Part shown: piece by piece, positions 1-8,279 of the stretch
Position numbering within the stretch: position 1 is the stretch's first letter
Layout of the letters: every line of letters starts with the position of its first letter
Origin: Oligoflexia bacterium
GTDB lineage: Bacteria; Bdellovibrionota; Bdellovibrionia; JABDDW01
Assembly: GCA_034439615.1 (NCBI GenBank)
Contig: JAWXAT010000047.1
Coordinates: forward strand, 133,984-197,983
Length of the DNA: 64,000 nt
Direction: 5' to 3'
Notes under the pieces: model-generated
What the model saw: the letters and a program-made list of their open reading frames with translations, nothing else
Told to the model about the DNA's origin: nothing
Database searches by the model: none
Translations under genes and position numbers: made by a program

Positions 1-562
1 GATGAAAAATCGTTATCAGATCGTATTCTAAAAGATCGGCGACCAAAATATAATTCTTTTCTTTATAGGCATCAAAAATCTGCTCTAAAACCAATATCAT
101 CGCCTGCTCTAGTTCCAACCAATTGGCAGAGAGAGTTCCTTTGAGACCTTGATAGGCAGATTTATAATGCGTGATCATCTCTATAAACCACTGGGTTCCC
201 TCTACACAACCTCGATAGTAGGTATGAGCTTCATGAATAGCCTCAGACCTAAACAGTTGAGATGAATGCTCTAAAGCAATGAGAATGCGATTGATGTATT
301 CATTAGAACTTACAAGACTTTCGTCGAGCAAGATCAATGGGTCTTGTGTTTTTACACTTATAGTTTGAATTTCACTAAGTGCATTGCCTCCAAATTGTAT
401 TTCGGTTTCTTCATCAAGGACAATGCCATTTACTGATACTTCACAAACAACATGACCATCAGAATCTGCTTCGATATTAAACTGAGCAAGTACATCTTTC
501 AAAGATAGAGCCGCAGGATAAGACTCAATTAATTGTTCATGGTTCCAAATTTTTGTTTTCAT
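1..562 (-). CDS. hypothetical protein, N-terminal fragment (gene runs off the window start); last visible gene of the TPR/GT9 operon
   Basis: Absent from the ORF track because no stop lies in the window. My reverse translation from ATG 562-560 (AAGGA 8 nt upstream) gives MKTKIWNHEQLIESYPAALSLKDVLAQFNIEADSDGHVVCEVSVNG... and stays open to base 1. The start overlaps the end of the upstream GT9 gene by 26 nt. Confidence 0.5.
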   Translation of the reverse strand, partial: MKTKIWNHEQLIESYPAALSLKDVLAQFNIEADSDGHVVCEVSVNGIVLDEETEIQFGGNALSEIQTISVKTQDPLILLDESLVSSNEYINRILIALEHSSQLFRSEAIHEAHTYYRGCVEGTQWFIEMITHYKSAYQGLKGTLSANWLELEQAMILVLEQIFDAYKEKNYILVADLLEYDLITIFH

Positions 563-1997
563 TTTCGATTCCTTTCGATTGGTTATCGTTCTTAAAAGTC
601 ACACTTCTAAGACGCAACCTTTCGTAACACTGCTTGGTTTGATAAAATATTTCTTCTCGAGATCCGGGAGGTATGTTTTCTTTCTCACTAGAAAATGCAT
701 CTAGCAATGGAGCCAAAGGAGGAATTGTCTTTTTCATAAGTATCAACAACTCATCCATTCGATCCATGACACCAATAATTTCAACTTTTGCGGGAGCGGC
801 ATACAGGGCCGCCAACTGAGTGAGTGCCATTTTGCAAACTTCGTTAATTTGCATAAGCGCCTCTTGAAGATCAGCGCTCCACTTTGGTTGAGGTCCTCCA
901 AAATAAATATACTCCACCACCTCCCAATAATCTGGAGTTTGATTTTTTCCATGGATTTTATAGCGAACACCTTGAGATTCAATGCATTCAATAACACCAT
1001 CCAGGGGAGTTTGATGAGTCAAGATGCCCTCAATATTTTCAAAAACAAAATCTGACATTAAAAACTGAGGTTGCTTACTTACTAAAACTCTGCTGCCCGT
1101 AACAACGGGGCCCGTCTCCCAGAATCGAACGTTGCCCACACTTAAATTGACTGATTTTGTATTTGCCTGGCTGGCAATATGTAAAGGGCCACTATCAGCT
1201 CCGACAAATAACTCAGCACTTTGAATTGTGCGCGTCAGTTCAGAAAAATTTGTCATTCCAACTAAATTTATTAGATTATGAAGACCTGTTTGCAAGACGA
1301 CTTCATCAGCGAACTCTTTTTCAGATGCTGTTCCAACCAATGTGACTTGTTTATTTAAACCCTGAGTTAAACGACGAATAAGTGCAGACCAAGAATCGGC
1401 TGGCCATGTTTTTTGACTTTGACTCGCACCCAAATGACAAACAATGCCTTCACGTTTAAATGAATCAGTAGCACTCAATGACGAGTGCCAATCAGACTTG
1501 GTTAACTCTACACCAGCAATCCAAGCAAAAAGATCTGAAACGTGAATTCGATTGCTGCGGTCAACACCCACCTGTGAACGAAAATATTGACTTGCCGGAT
1601 CTTGGATTCGCAAGAAAAGATCTTGAGTTCGTGTATACCCACTCACCGGAATTTTTTCTTGTGCGATCAAATGAGTAATAAAACTACTCGAAGGTGAAAA
1701 AGATAAATTTATTATGCGATCGAACTTTTCTGAACGCAAATGGTTGATCGTCTCACTCAAATGTTCAATGCTCTCAGAAACACCACTCTTCTCAGTCATA
1801 AGTGGTCCTAAAAGTTTTACTGCATCTAACTTCCAAAGATGATCAACAAAACGTGCGTTTTCAGCGGCGATGGCAAAACGCTGCCGCACGAGCAAATGTA
1901 TTTGGGCTTGAGGATACTGTCTCTTTATTGCCGAAACTACTGGCAACGTGCAGAGAATATCACCGAGTCGCGTGAGTTGGATTATTAGAATTTTCAT
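537..1997 (-). CDS. glycosyltransferase family 9 (heptosyltransferase fold) with about 140-aa C-terminal helical extension
   Basis: ORF 537..2021. MKILIIQLTRLGDILCTLPVV...IHLLV and LFVGADSGPLHIAS are the GT9 hallmark N-terminal and nucleotide-sugar motifs. I moved the start to ATG 1997 (GAAGG upstream); position 2021 is a TTG. Confidence 0.8.
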   Translation of the reverse strand: MKILIIQLTRLGDILCTLPVVSAIKRQYPQAQIHLLVRQRFAIAAENARFVDHLWKLDAVKLLGPLMTEKSGVSESIEHLSETINHLRSEKFDRIINLSFSPSSSFITHLIAQEKIPVSGYTRTQDLFLRIQDPASQYFRSQVGVDRSNRIHVSDLFAWIAGVELTKSDWHSSLSATDSFKREGIVCHLGASQSQKTWPADSWSALIRRLTQGLNKQVTLVGTASEKEFADEVVLQTGLHNLINLVGMTNFSELTRTIQSAELFVGADSGPLHIASQANTKSVNLSVGNVRFWETGPVVTGSRVLVSKQPQFLMSDFVFENIEGILTHQTPLDGVIECIESQGVRYKIHGKNQTPDYWEVVEYIYFGGPQPKWSADLQEALMQINEVCKMALTQLAALYAAPAKVEIIGVMDRMDELLILMKKTIPPLAPLLDAFSSEKENIPPGSREEIFYQTKQCYERLRLRSVTFKNDNQSKGIENENKNLEP

Positions 1998-2157
1998 TGG
2001 TAGCGCCTTCAATTTGTTCAAGGATTAATTCGCGAAGAGTTAAAATATACTCAGCATGTTCTGAATAATCTTGAGTATCGCGAATTTGAGCAGAGAGTTT
2101 ATTTAACTCTTTGAGAGTACCTTGCAAATACATCTTGAGATCACTTTTTGGGGTCAT
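1960..2157 (-). CDS. small helical ORF (65 aa) coupled between the two GT9 genes (tentative)
   Basis: The ATG overlaps the GT9-2 stop in an ATGA arrangement (2154-2157). The translation LKELNKLSAQIRDTQDYSEHAEYILTLRELILEQIEG looks like a genuine amphipathic helix. The 3' end overlaps the GT9-1 start by 38 nt. Confidence 0.3.
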   Translation of the reverse strand: MTPKSDLKMYLQGTLKELNKLSAQIRDTQDYSEHAEYILTLRELILEQIEGATNENSNNPTHATR

Positions 2158-3821
2158 ATTATCTCCATGAAGCCTGTTTGAAGCCCGCGTATGAGTTTAA
2201 GTTCTATTTTTGTTCTTTGATGAGCATGCGATAATTTTTCTCTTAATTTTTTTACTACTTGAAATTGATTATTATCGGCACTTGAATCTTTTATGCTGAG
2301 CAAAAGTTGACGACTGTAACTCTTAAAATAATTTGACTGTTCTGCTTGAACACAAAATTCTTCAAGCTCTACGATGTACTGAGAAAAGCGAGAAGGTTCA
2401 TGCATAGCACCCAAAAGACTTTTGAGTTTATTGAGAAATTCACCCACTTGAGTTTCAAACCAAGTAACATTCTTCTCAAGTGACTTTAATTCGGTTACCC
2501 AGTCTTGTTTGGCCCGATCTGGAAATATATTTTCTAACAATTGTTTAAGCTCTAACCCTTCAGTACCGTATTCACCAACAGCTTTCTCGTGTGTTTTTTG
2601 GAGATAAAGTTTAAAGCTAGCGCGATCAATCCAACTATTGATTTCTTTTGCAGAGAAACTCTCTGCCAGCGGATAAGCCGCCCAATCACCGCGACTATTG
2701 ACATGAGTTTTAAGAAGTAAAACCTCATCTTTATACTCATGGGCCAAAGTTCTTAGCGCCATTTCATCTTGTCTCAGCATGCCACTTGCAACCATCGCCA
2801 CCATTTCAGCTGAAATTTTTTCGGCACACTCGTGTGTTGGCTGGGTGCAACCCCCTCTGTGGGAACACGGGGCGCAGGGTACGACTCCCTGAAGAATTAC
2901 AGCTCCCGGCGTGTAAGCCCCGGTTTTACGATATTCAGAACTTCCAACACTTATTTCTAAAATTTTTATTTTAGTGGCTGCGGCAATATGTTTAATGCTG
3001 GTATCTACAGTAATAAGCAAATGACCTTGCTTGATTAAACTATACGCCTGTTCAAGATTACAAATAACAGGAATCAAACGTGGATTATCTGCACAGATTG
3101 CAGCAACGGCTTCTTTTTCATTGGGCGCTCCAAGTATGAATACTTGAATTCCAGGCTCAAGATTTTGTAAAACCCGAATGAGTTTATTCCATTTTTTAGG
3201 AGCAAGTGTTTTTTTATTTTCATTACTGCACGCTTGAATCAGGATTCTTTTTTTATCAGCATATTTTGTGTATGTTTGTTCAGCAAAAGCAGCACCCGCT
3301 TTTGTCTCGAGAAGTTCAATGCGCCTATCAGCGCCACTGAGGCCCGCACCATAATGAAACACATCAACAAAATGAAAAACATTATCACTGCTTGGGTCAG
3401 TAAAATCATTTAGGTACTCAAACCAACCTGAACCCACAGAGAATTTTCCATTAACCCCAAATACAACACCACGCGTATTCGGGCATGCGATGAGTGCGGT
3501 CATCCATCCGCTAAGTCTATTGTGAGTGAGATTTACAACTTGATCATAACCCTCAGTTTGTAACTGCTCAACGAGATCTTCTATACGAAAATATGCTTCT
3601 AAAATATTTCTGTCTTGAGAACCAAGAATTTGCTGAATACCAGCACGATCAAAAGAATACACTTTGTTCACAAAGGGAATAATATTTGCGACAGATTGAA
3701 ATTGCCCATTAATCAAAACATGTAGTTCTGCACCTGGGTATTCCCGACGCAAACTTCTTAAAACTGATGTTGCCATCAGTATATCGCCGAGCCGCAAAAG
3801 ACTGATGACCAGAATCTTCAT
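2154..3821 (-). CDS. glycosyltransferase family 9 (heptosyltransferase fold) with about 200-aa C-terminal helical extension
   Basis: 555 aa. Motifs are MKILVISLLRLGDILMATSVLRSL...LHVLI, ITVDTSIKHIAAA and a WaaF-like Cys cluster PCAPCSHRGGCTQPTHEC. The stop makes a 4-nt overlap with the small downstream ORF and the start overlaps the upstream gene. Confidence 0.85.
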   Translation of the reverse strand: MKILVISLLRLGDILMATSVLRSLRREYPGAELHVLINGQFQSVANIIPFVNKVYSFDRAGIQQILGSQDRNILEAYFRIEDLVEQLQTEGYDQVVNLTHNRLSGWMTALIACPNTRGVVFGVNGKFSVGSGWFEYLNDFTDPSSDNVFHFVDVFHYGAGLSGADRRIELLETKAGAAFAEQTYTKYADKKRILIQACSNENKKTLAPKKWNKLIRVLQNLEPGIQVFILGAPNEKEAVAAICADNPRLIPVICNLEQAYSLIKQGHLLITVDTSIKHIAAATKIKILEISVGSSEYRKTGAYTPGAVILQGVVPCAPCSHRGGCTQPTHECAEKISAEMVAMVASGMLRQDEMALRTLAHEYKDEVLLLKTHVNSRGDWAAYPLAESFSAKEINSWIDRASFKLYLQKTHEKAVGEYGTEGLELKQLLENIFPDRAKQDWVTELKSLEKNVTWFETQVGEFLNKLKSLLGAMHEPSRFSQYIVELEEFCVQAEQSNYFKSYSRQLLLSIKDSSADNNQFQVVKKLREKLSHAHQRTKIELKLIRGLQTGFMEII

Positions 3822-4450
3822 AACACCAACTCTCTCATGGCCATCCAGATAAGACCTTCTTTTTCCATTTCGCTTTGTCGTCGCGACATGGCCTCTTCGA
3901 CCATTGGAAGAGTTAGAATTTGATCACTTGCGATATTTAGAGACTCTAAAAATCTCTGCAATGGAATATTACCCTGTGACAATTCTCGCAAATTTGTAAG
4001 TGTACGTTGGTTTAAGATTTGTGAAATAGCGGTGTAATAAAACGGCGCAACACGTACAGATGCTGGATGTCTTAAAATACAATAAGAACCGCTCAGCGCT
4101 TTTATAACTGAGGGCTCTCGACATATTTGTGCTGGGGGAACACCCGCCAATATTTCAGCACTTCCTAAAAATTCAGGCTGTTTTTCAATGATTGCATCGA
4201 CTAATTCGCGATTTGAATCTATAATCACTATATGAAATTTTTTGCGCTTTAAAAGTTCACGTATGTGGAATCCACCACCCACGCCTAATACGATTAAAGA
4301 TTTGAGTGAATTAATTTTTGACCATTCAGCATCGATAAAACTTATGGCTTCTTTTTCAGGATTCACAGATGAATGCAATAATGTTCCATTCACAACTGGG
4401 ATCCACCCCTGTTTGGAATTCAAAAATTCCAAGGGCGCCATTGAACTCAT
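3818..4450 (-). CDS. hypothetical protein; resembles the N-terminal module of Maf/MptE-like flagellin-glycosylation proteins (tentative)
   Basis: 210 aa. The pattern LHSSVNPEKEA...W...SLIVLGVGGGFHIRELL matches what I associate with Maf N-termini and Rossmann-like GxGxG motifs. It has 4-nt overlaps with both neighbours. Confidence 0.5.
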   Translation of the reverse strand: MSSMAPLEFLNSKQGWIPVVNGTLLHSSVNPEKEAISFIDAEWSKINSLKSLIVLGVGGGFHIRELLKRKKFHIVIIDSNRELVDAIIEKQPEFLGSAEILAGVPPAQICREPSVIKALSGSYCILRHPASVRVAPFYYTAISQILNQRTLTNLRELSQGNIPLQRFLESLNIASDQILTLPMVEEAMSRRQSEMEKEGLIWMAMRELVL

Positions 4451-5553
4451 AAGCTAGCTTCTTTCTTTTTCATTATTAGCTCTTTAAGTTCTTGTACGTC
4501 CGTGCGACCTGGATGCAGAACATCTAAACGAGTTAACTCTAATTCTGCTTCAATTAACGAACCTGTCTGAAAATAAAGGCCCGCAAGAGAGTAAATCATT
4601 TCACCATCATCTTGATTATTTTCTAAATACACATGAACTCTTTCGATAGCCACTGACCAATCACAATCGGTTTGTCCCCAACTTATCAACACCTGCAATG
4701 CAACTTGATTATGCGGGTTAATATCTAGACAGCGAAGTAGTACAGAAAGCGCCCATTCATCGTCTTTCATTTCACGAGCAACAAGCGCTACACCACACCA
4801 AGCTCGGTCATTAAATGGATTTAACTCTAAGCCTTTTTTGAAATATTCTAATGCCTGTGTATATTGGGCTCTTTGAAAATTTAAGGATCCAAGGTTTACA
4901 TTCAAAATATCTGAAAGAGGTCGAATGGTCAGAGCTTTATTATAGTTCTCCTCTGCACTTTCATAATCTGCAAGTCGCGTAAAAACATTTCCCAAATTTT
5001 TGTGCAGATCAAAAAGTCGTGGACTTTCAGCATCACACTGCCCAAGCGCATCAAGCCATGTCGATTGAGCATCGGCATCACGCTTCAGTAAATAGTATAT
5101 TTCACCAAGTTCAAAAAGATCTTGCTCAGTCACTCGCCTTTGAACAAGTTGCTCATAACATTTACGTGCATTATCCAATTGATTCTCTTGCTTGAAACAC
5201 CAGCCCATCCACCGAATAGCATCAACATGATTGTTATTGCGGCGTAAAATATCGCCCAACACATTGCGCGCCAAACTAAACTCACCACAATCAACCAGCA
5301 GAAGCGCATTTTGTAACAGATAACCATGCACTTCAAGATCTGTAGGTATAGGTGGTGGCTCAACTGGGGTAACTTGAGTTTTTACAACAAATTTAATTGA
5401 GGTGTCTTCGTCTGTTTCATCAAAATTTTGCAAAGCTTCGTCGATGTCACGGATGACCTTAAGCTGCGCGAATTTTTCAACGTCCGATCGCTCTTGTAAC
5501 ACAAATCGAAATGATTTTTCCTGGTCATCGGACTGGTCTAGAGTTTTATCCAT
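4447..5553 (-). CDS. TPR-repeat protein
   Basis: Repeated 34-aa TPR-like units (AIRWMGWCFKQENQLDNARKCYEQL, GNVFTRLADYESAEENYNKAL, ALEYFKKGLELNP...). The start is set at ATG 5553 with GGAGGTG upstream; the track ORF extends to 5598. Confidence 0.8.
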   Translation of the reverse strand: MDKTLDQSDDQEKSFRFVLQERSDVEKFAQLKVIRDIDEALQNFDETDEDTSIKFVVKTQVTPVEPPPIPTDLEVHGYLLQNALLLVDCGEFSLARNVLGDILRRNNNHVDAIRWMGWCFKQENQLDNARKCYEQLVQRRVTEQDLFELGEIYYLLKRDADAQSTWLDALGQCDAESPRLFDLHKNLGNVFTRLADYESAEENYNKALTIRPLSDILNVNLGSLNFQRAQYTQALEYFKKGLELNPFNDRAWCGVALVAREMKDDEWALSVLLRCLDINPHNQVALQVLISWGQTDCDWSVAIERVHVYLENNQDDGEMIYSLAGLYFQTGSLIEAELELTRLDVLHPGRTDVQELKELIMKKKEASL

Positions 5554-5702
5554 AACACCTCCATTACCTCTAGTGAGCAATGGAAGTGCCAGAGTCATAA
5601 AAATTTTAAATGGGCCTATAATTTAGCAGAGCTGATTTCTACAAGACTAAAGTTTGTTTCCAACATAAGAAAGCCGCCATGACACCAACTGGATGTCAAA
5701 AT

Positions 5703-5714
5703 ATTGACGTCAAT
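5703..5714. promoter_or_regulatory. perfect 12-bp palindrome ATTGACGTCAAT (TGACGTCA core) between the chaperone-like gene and the TPR operon
   Basis: Read directly from the sequence. The same GACGTCA core recurs in the direct repeats at 8202-8238. Confidence 0.35.
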
Positions 5715-6139
5715 TATGCTTTCTCATCTAGGGATTCACTATTTTTCTTCTCACTTTTATATGAGCTAAGTGTTTTTCTGCCTTGTCTTACATTTCTGAG
5801 CTCAATAATGATTTGAGATTTGGCAGTTTCAATAAACTGCATAATATCTAAATCCTGAGTTAAAATTGCTTTTACTAATAAATCTTTATGATCCAACAAT
5901 TCATTAAGACGATAGCGAGTTGTAGTATCTACATCTTGAGCATCTATTGTTTGGGACTGAGTATCCACAAGCACATCAATGTGTTTCACGATGTTTAGAA
6001 TATTTTCGCGATTTTCCCTAAAACTTTCAAGATCGCCAAAATCACCAACTGCCAACCGCCCTAGCCATTCACGGTTTAATCCTAAAAATTTTTCGAGATA
6101 TGTATTTTTCTCTTCTATTAATTTAATTGTTTTTGTCAT
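5714..6139 (-). CDS. putative flagellar export chaperone (FlgN/FliT-like)
   Basis: 141-aa all-helical protein with a 4-nt overlap with fliS, sitting in the position usually held by fliT or flgN-type chaperones. The call rests on position and composition only; I recognise no strong motif. Confidence 0.45.
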   Translation of the reverse strand: MTKTIKLIEEKNTYLEKFLGLNREWLGRLAVGDFGDLESFRENRENILNIVKHIDVLVDTQSQTIDAQDVDTTTRYRLNELLDHKDLLVKAILTQDLDIMQFIETAKSQIIIELRNVRQGRKTLSSYKSEKKNSESLDEKA

Positions 6140-6546
6140 CGATCGCTCCCTAGTGAATCAGTTTTTTGTTTTTTCAGACTATCAATGGCCTTAATCCAGC
6201 CTTCGTTGAGGGTATTAAGAAGTTTTAAAACTACATGCAGTTTATTAGCGTCACCCGTAATATTTGCTTGAGTCAGTTGATCGGTCATAAACATGTACAG
6301 CTGTTCTAAATTTTTTGCTATTTCACCACCCACTTCAAAATTCAAGGTGTTGTTTAATTCCATAATTATGTCATAGGCCTTACCGATATAGAGGCCACGA
6401 TCACCAATATTTTTTGCTTCACAAGCAATGACTGCTTTTTTTGTAAACTTAATTGCACCCTCGTACATCATGAGCAGCAATTTCTCACGACTCGCACTGG
6501 TGACTGAGGTTTGCTTATACTTTTGCAACGCTTTATTCTGACTCAT
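6136..6546 (-). CDS. fliS: flagellar export chaperone FliS
   Basis: 136 aa. REKLLLMMYEGAIKF...LYIGKAYDIIMELNNTL...GEIAKNLEQLYMFM is a typical FliS four-helix signature, and the gene lies downstream of fliD. Confidence 0.9.
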   Translation of the reverse strand: MSQNKALQKYKQTSVTSASREKLLLMMYEGAIKFTKKAVIACEAKNIGDRGLYIGKAYDIIMELNNTLNFEVGGEIAKNLEQLYMFMTDQLTQANITGDANKLHVVLKLLNTLNEGWIKAIDSLKKQKTDSLGSDR

Positions 6547-6583
6547 GCTCTTATTAACTCTCCCTTAATTCTGTTGTTACTCA

Positions 6584-7969
6584 TTAAGCTTCTTGTAAAT
6601 TAAATCCGCTTATTGCGGGGCCACCCATTTTAGCTTGCAAAAATGAACCTTGAGATTTCAATTTCGACATTGTCTCTTCGAGCCGCGCAAACTGTTGCTT
6701 GAGCTGCGCCTCTTTTTGCTGGAGCATTCGTTCTTTATTTGCAATCTGCTGATCAAACTGTGTGATCTTATCTTTGATACCCTTTGATCGTTGTAGAAGT
6801 GGCCCCGTACCTGTATCGATCATTTGCCCGATGACCATCTTCACCTGAGGAATAAGACCGTAACTAAGATTGTCTCCGACGAAAAATTCTTGAAGCCCCT
6901 CTAAATCTCTAGCTACTGCAGCGTTAAATTTTTCTTCATCAAATTGTAATTGTCCGTTACGCGCGAATGAAATTCCTGTTTCGGCTAAATACTTAATACC
7001 GCCCTTGGCAGCATAAACAGGATTTTGAAGTGTGTTTCTAAAACGATTTTCAATATTTCTTAATAGGCTATCGCCACCTAGCGTACGTGTTGTATCAGAG
7101 TCTTTATCAAGTGCGTTTTGTTGTTGAATAAATGCAAATACTCCGTTCATTCCATCAACAAACTTTTTTACCTTACCCAAAATAACTTCACGGTCTTCGC
7201 CAACATCGACAAAAATTTCTCTACCAGGTGCGGCTTGCCTTAATTGAAGTGAGATTCCTGGGATGACGTCTTTTAAATTATTATCAGTAATTTCAAATTC
7301 AAAACCATCAACTTTGACACGCCCATTTTCAGCAGGGCGCTCTTTCTCCATATAAAAATCTTGATCCCCATCAAGAAAATAAAATGTAGGAAACTCAACT
7401 CCACCACCCTCACCAATTCCTTTTCCAGTTAGGAGTAGTCGGTAAGGATAATCTTTATCAGTATTGTCTTGAATGACTGAAGCTTGAACGCCCAAACTCT
7501 TTGCATTGATAAGTTTGGCCAAGCCTTCAAGTGTGTTGTTATTCTTATCAACGTAAACTTCACGTGCACCACCTGAAGCATCTTTGATTTTTAAATATCC
7601 AACCCCAACTTGTGTTTCATTTTTATCAGGAAAACCATTACTCGCAGCTGCAGTCTTATGGGCAAGCTTCATAACTTCAACCATGTAATTGCCTTTTTGA
7701 GCCACACCTTTTTCTGCAGTAGCAGCAACTACATTTGGATCACCCGTTTCGATTTTAATATCAGAAAATCCACGTGTACTTCCAAGCTCACGTAGTCCAC
7801 TTGCAATCTCTCGCACTTTACTTGTGAGATCATCAACGAGCTTTAGCTTCTCTTGCTCTTTACCTTTGCGCGCTTCAAGAGCCTTGAGTGGCATACGCTC
7901 CGCCTCAACAAGTTGCTTAACTATGTTGGGAGGTAAACCTGTGTTGATTGATCCGAAGCTAATACCCAA
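6584..7969 (-). CDS. fliD: flagellar filament capping protein FliD
   Basis: 461 aa. It has the FliD N-terminus (MGISFGSINTGLPPNIVKQLVEAERMPLKALE) and the C-terminal coiled coil (QQFARLEETMSKLKSQGSFL). Confidence 0.9.
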   Translation of the reverse strand: MGISFGSINTGLPPNIVKQLVEAERMPLKALEARKGKEQEKLKLVDDLTSKVREIASGLRELGSTRGFSDIKIETGDPNVVAATAEKGVAQKGNYMVEVMKLAHKTAAASNGFPDKNETQVGVGYLKIKDASGGAREVYVDKNNNTLEGLAKLINAKSLGVQASVIQDNTDKDYPYRLLLTGKGIGEGGGVEFPTFYFLDGDQDFYMEKERPAENGRVKVDGFEFEITDNNLKDVIPGISLQLRQAAPGREIFVDVGEDREVILGKVKKFVDGMNGVFAFIQQQNALDKDSDTTRTLGGDSLLRNIENRFRNTLQNPVYAAKGGIKYLAETGISFARNGQLQFDEEKFNAAVARDLEGLQEFFVGDNLSYGLIPQVKMVIGQMIDTGTGPLLQRSKGIKDKITQFDQQIANKERMLQQKEAQLKQQFARLEETMSKLKSQGSFLQAKMGGPAISGFNLQEA

Positions 7970-8201
7970 ACAGTCCTCCTGACACGTGGGTGTTCATGAG
8001 ATTATTGTCTCTGAAAAAAGTGTTTTTCTAGAGCCAAAAATCTAACAGGACGTACTTCTCGAATTAAAAAATACTTAGAAAAGTATAAAAAGAGTAAATT
8101 CTTCCCCATTTTAGATTTACAATTCTAGATGTACTTTCAATTTGCTCGACACAGGTCTTGAGTTTCCATTCTTCAGTCGAGGAAATTTCAAAAAATTTCG
8201 A

Positions 8202-8238
8202 GACGTCAGTCTAGAAGTTATATGACGTCAGTCTAGAA
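8202..8238 (+). repeat. two exact 15-bp direct repeats GACGTCAGTCTAGAA (8202-8216, 8224-8238), 22-bp period, just upstream of the flagellin-1 promoter
   Basis: Read directly. Each copy contains the palindromes GACGTC and TCTAGA. Confidence 0.7.
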
Positions 8239-8252
8239 CTGCACGACTCGGC

Positions 8253-8279
8253 TTTAGTGATTTGCACACTCGCCGAATA
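8253..8279 (+). promoter_or_regulatory. sigma28 (FliA)-type promoter of flagellin 1: TTTAGTGA-N11-GCCGAATA
   Basis: The spacing matches the TAAAGTTT-N11-GCCGATAA consensus exactly, and the -10 is identical to that of flagellin 3. It implies a leader of about 270 nt. Confidence 0.55.

Noticed and set aside
2825-2885. Cys cluster PCAPCSHRGGCTQPTHEC in GT9-2, considered as a TibC-like iron-finger marking a protein heptosyltransferase.
   Set aside because: As far as I recall, a similar CxxC...C...C cluster is common in ordinary WaaF-type GT9 enzymes. It is therefore not diagnostic of protein-directed activity.
5648-5655. Perfect sigma28 -35 consensus TAAAGTTT on the plus strand.
   Set aside because: The octamer 11 nt downstream (AAGAAAGC) does not resemble GCCGATAA, and no plus-strand gene follows. 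It is a chance match.
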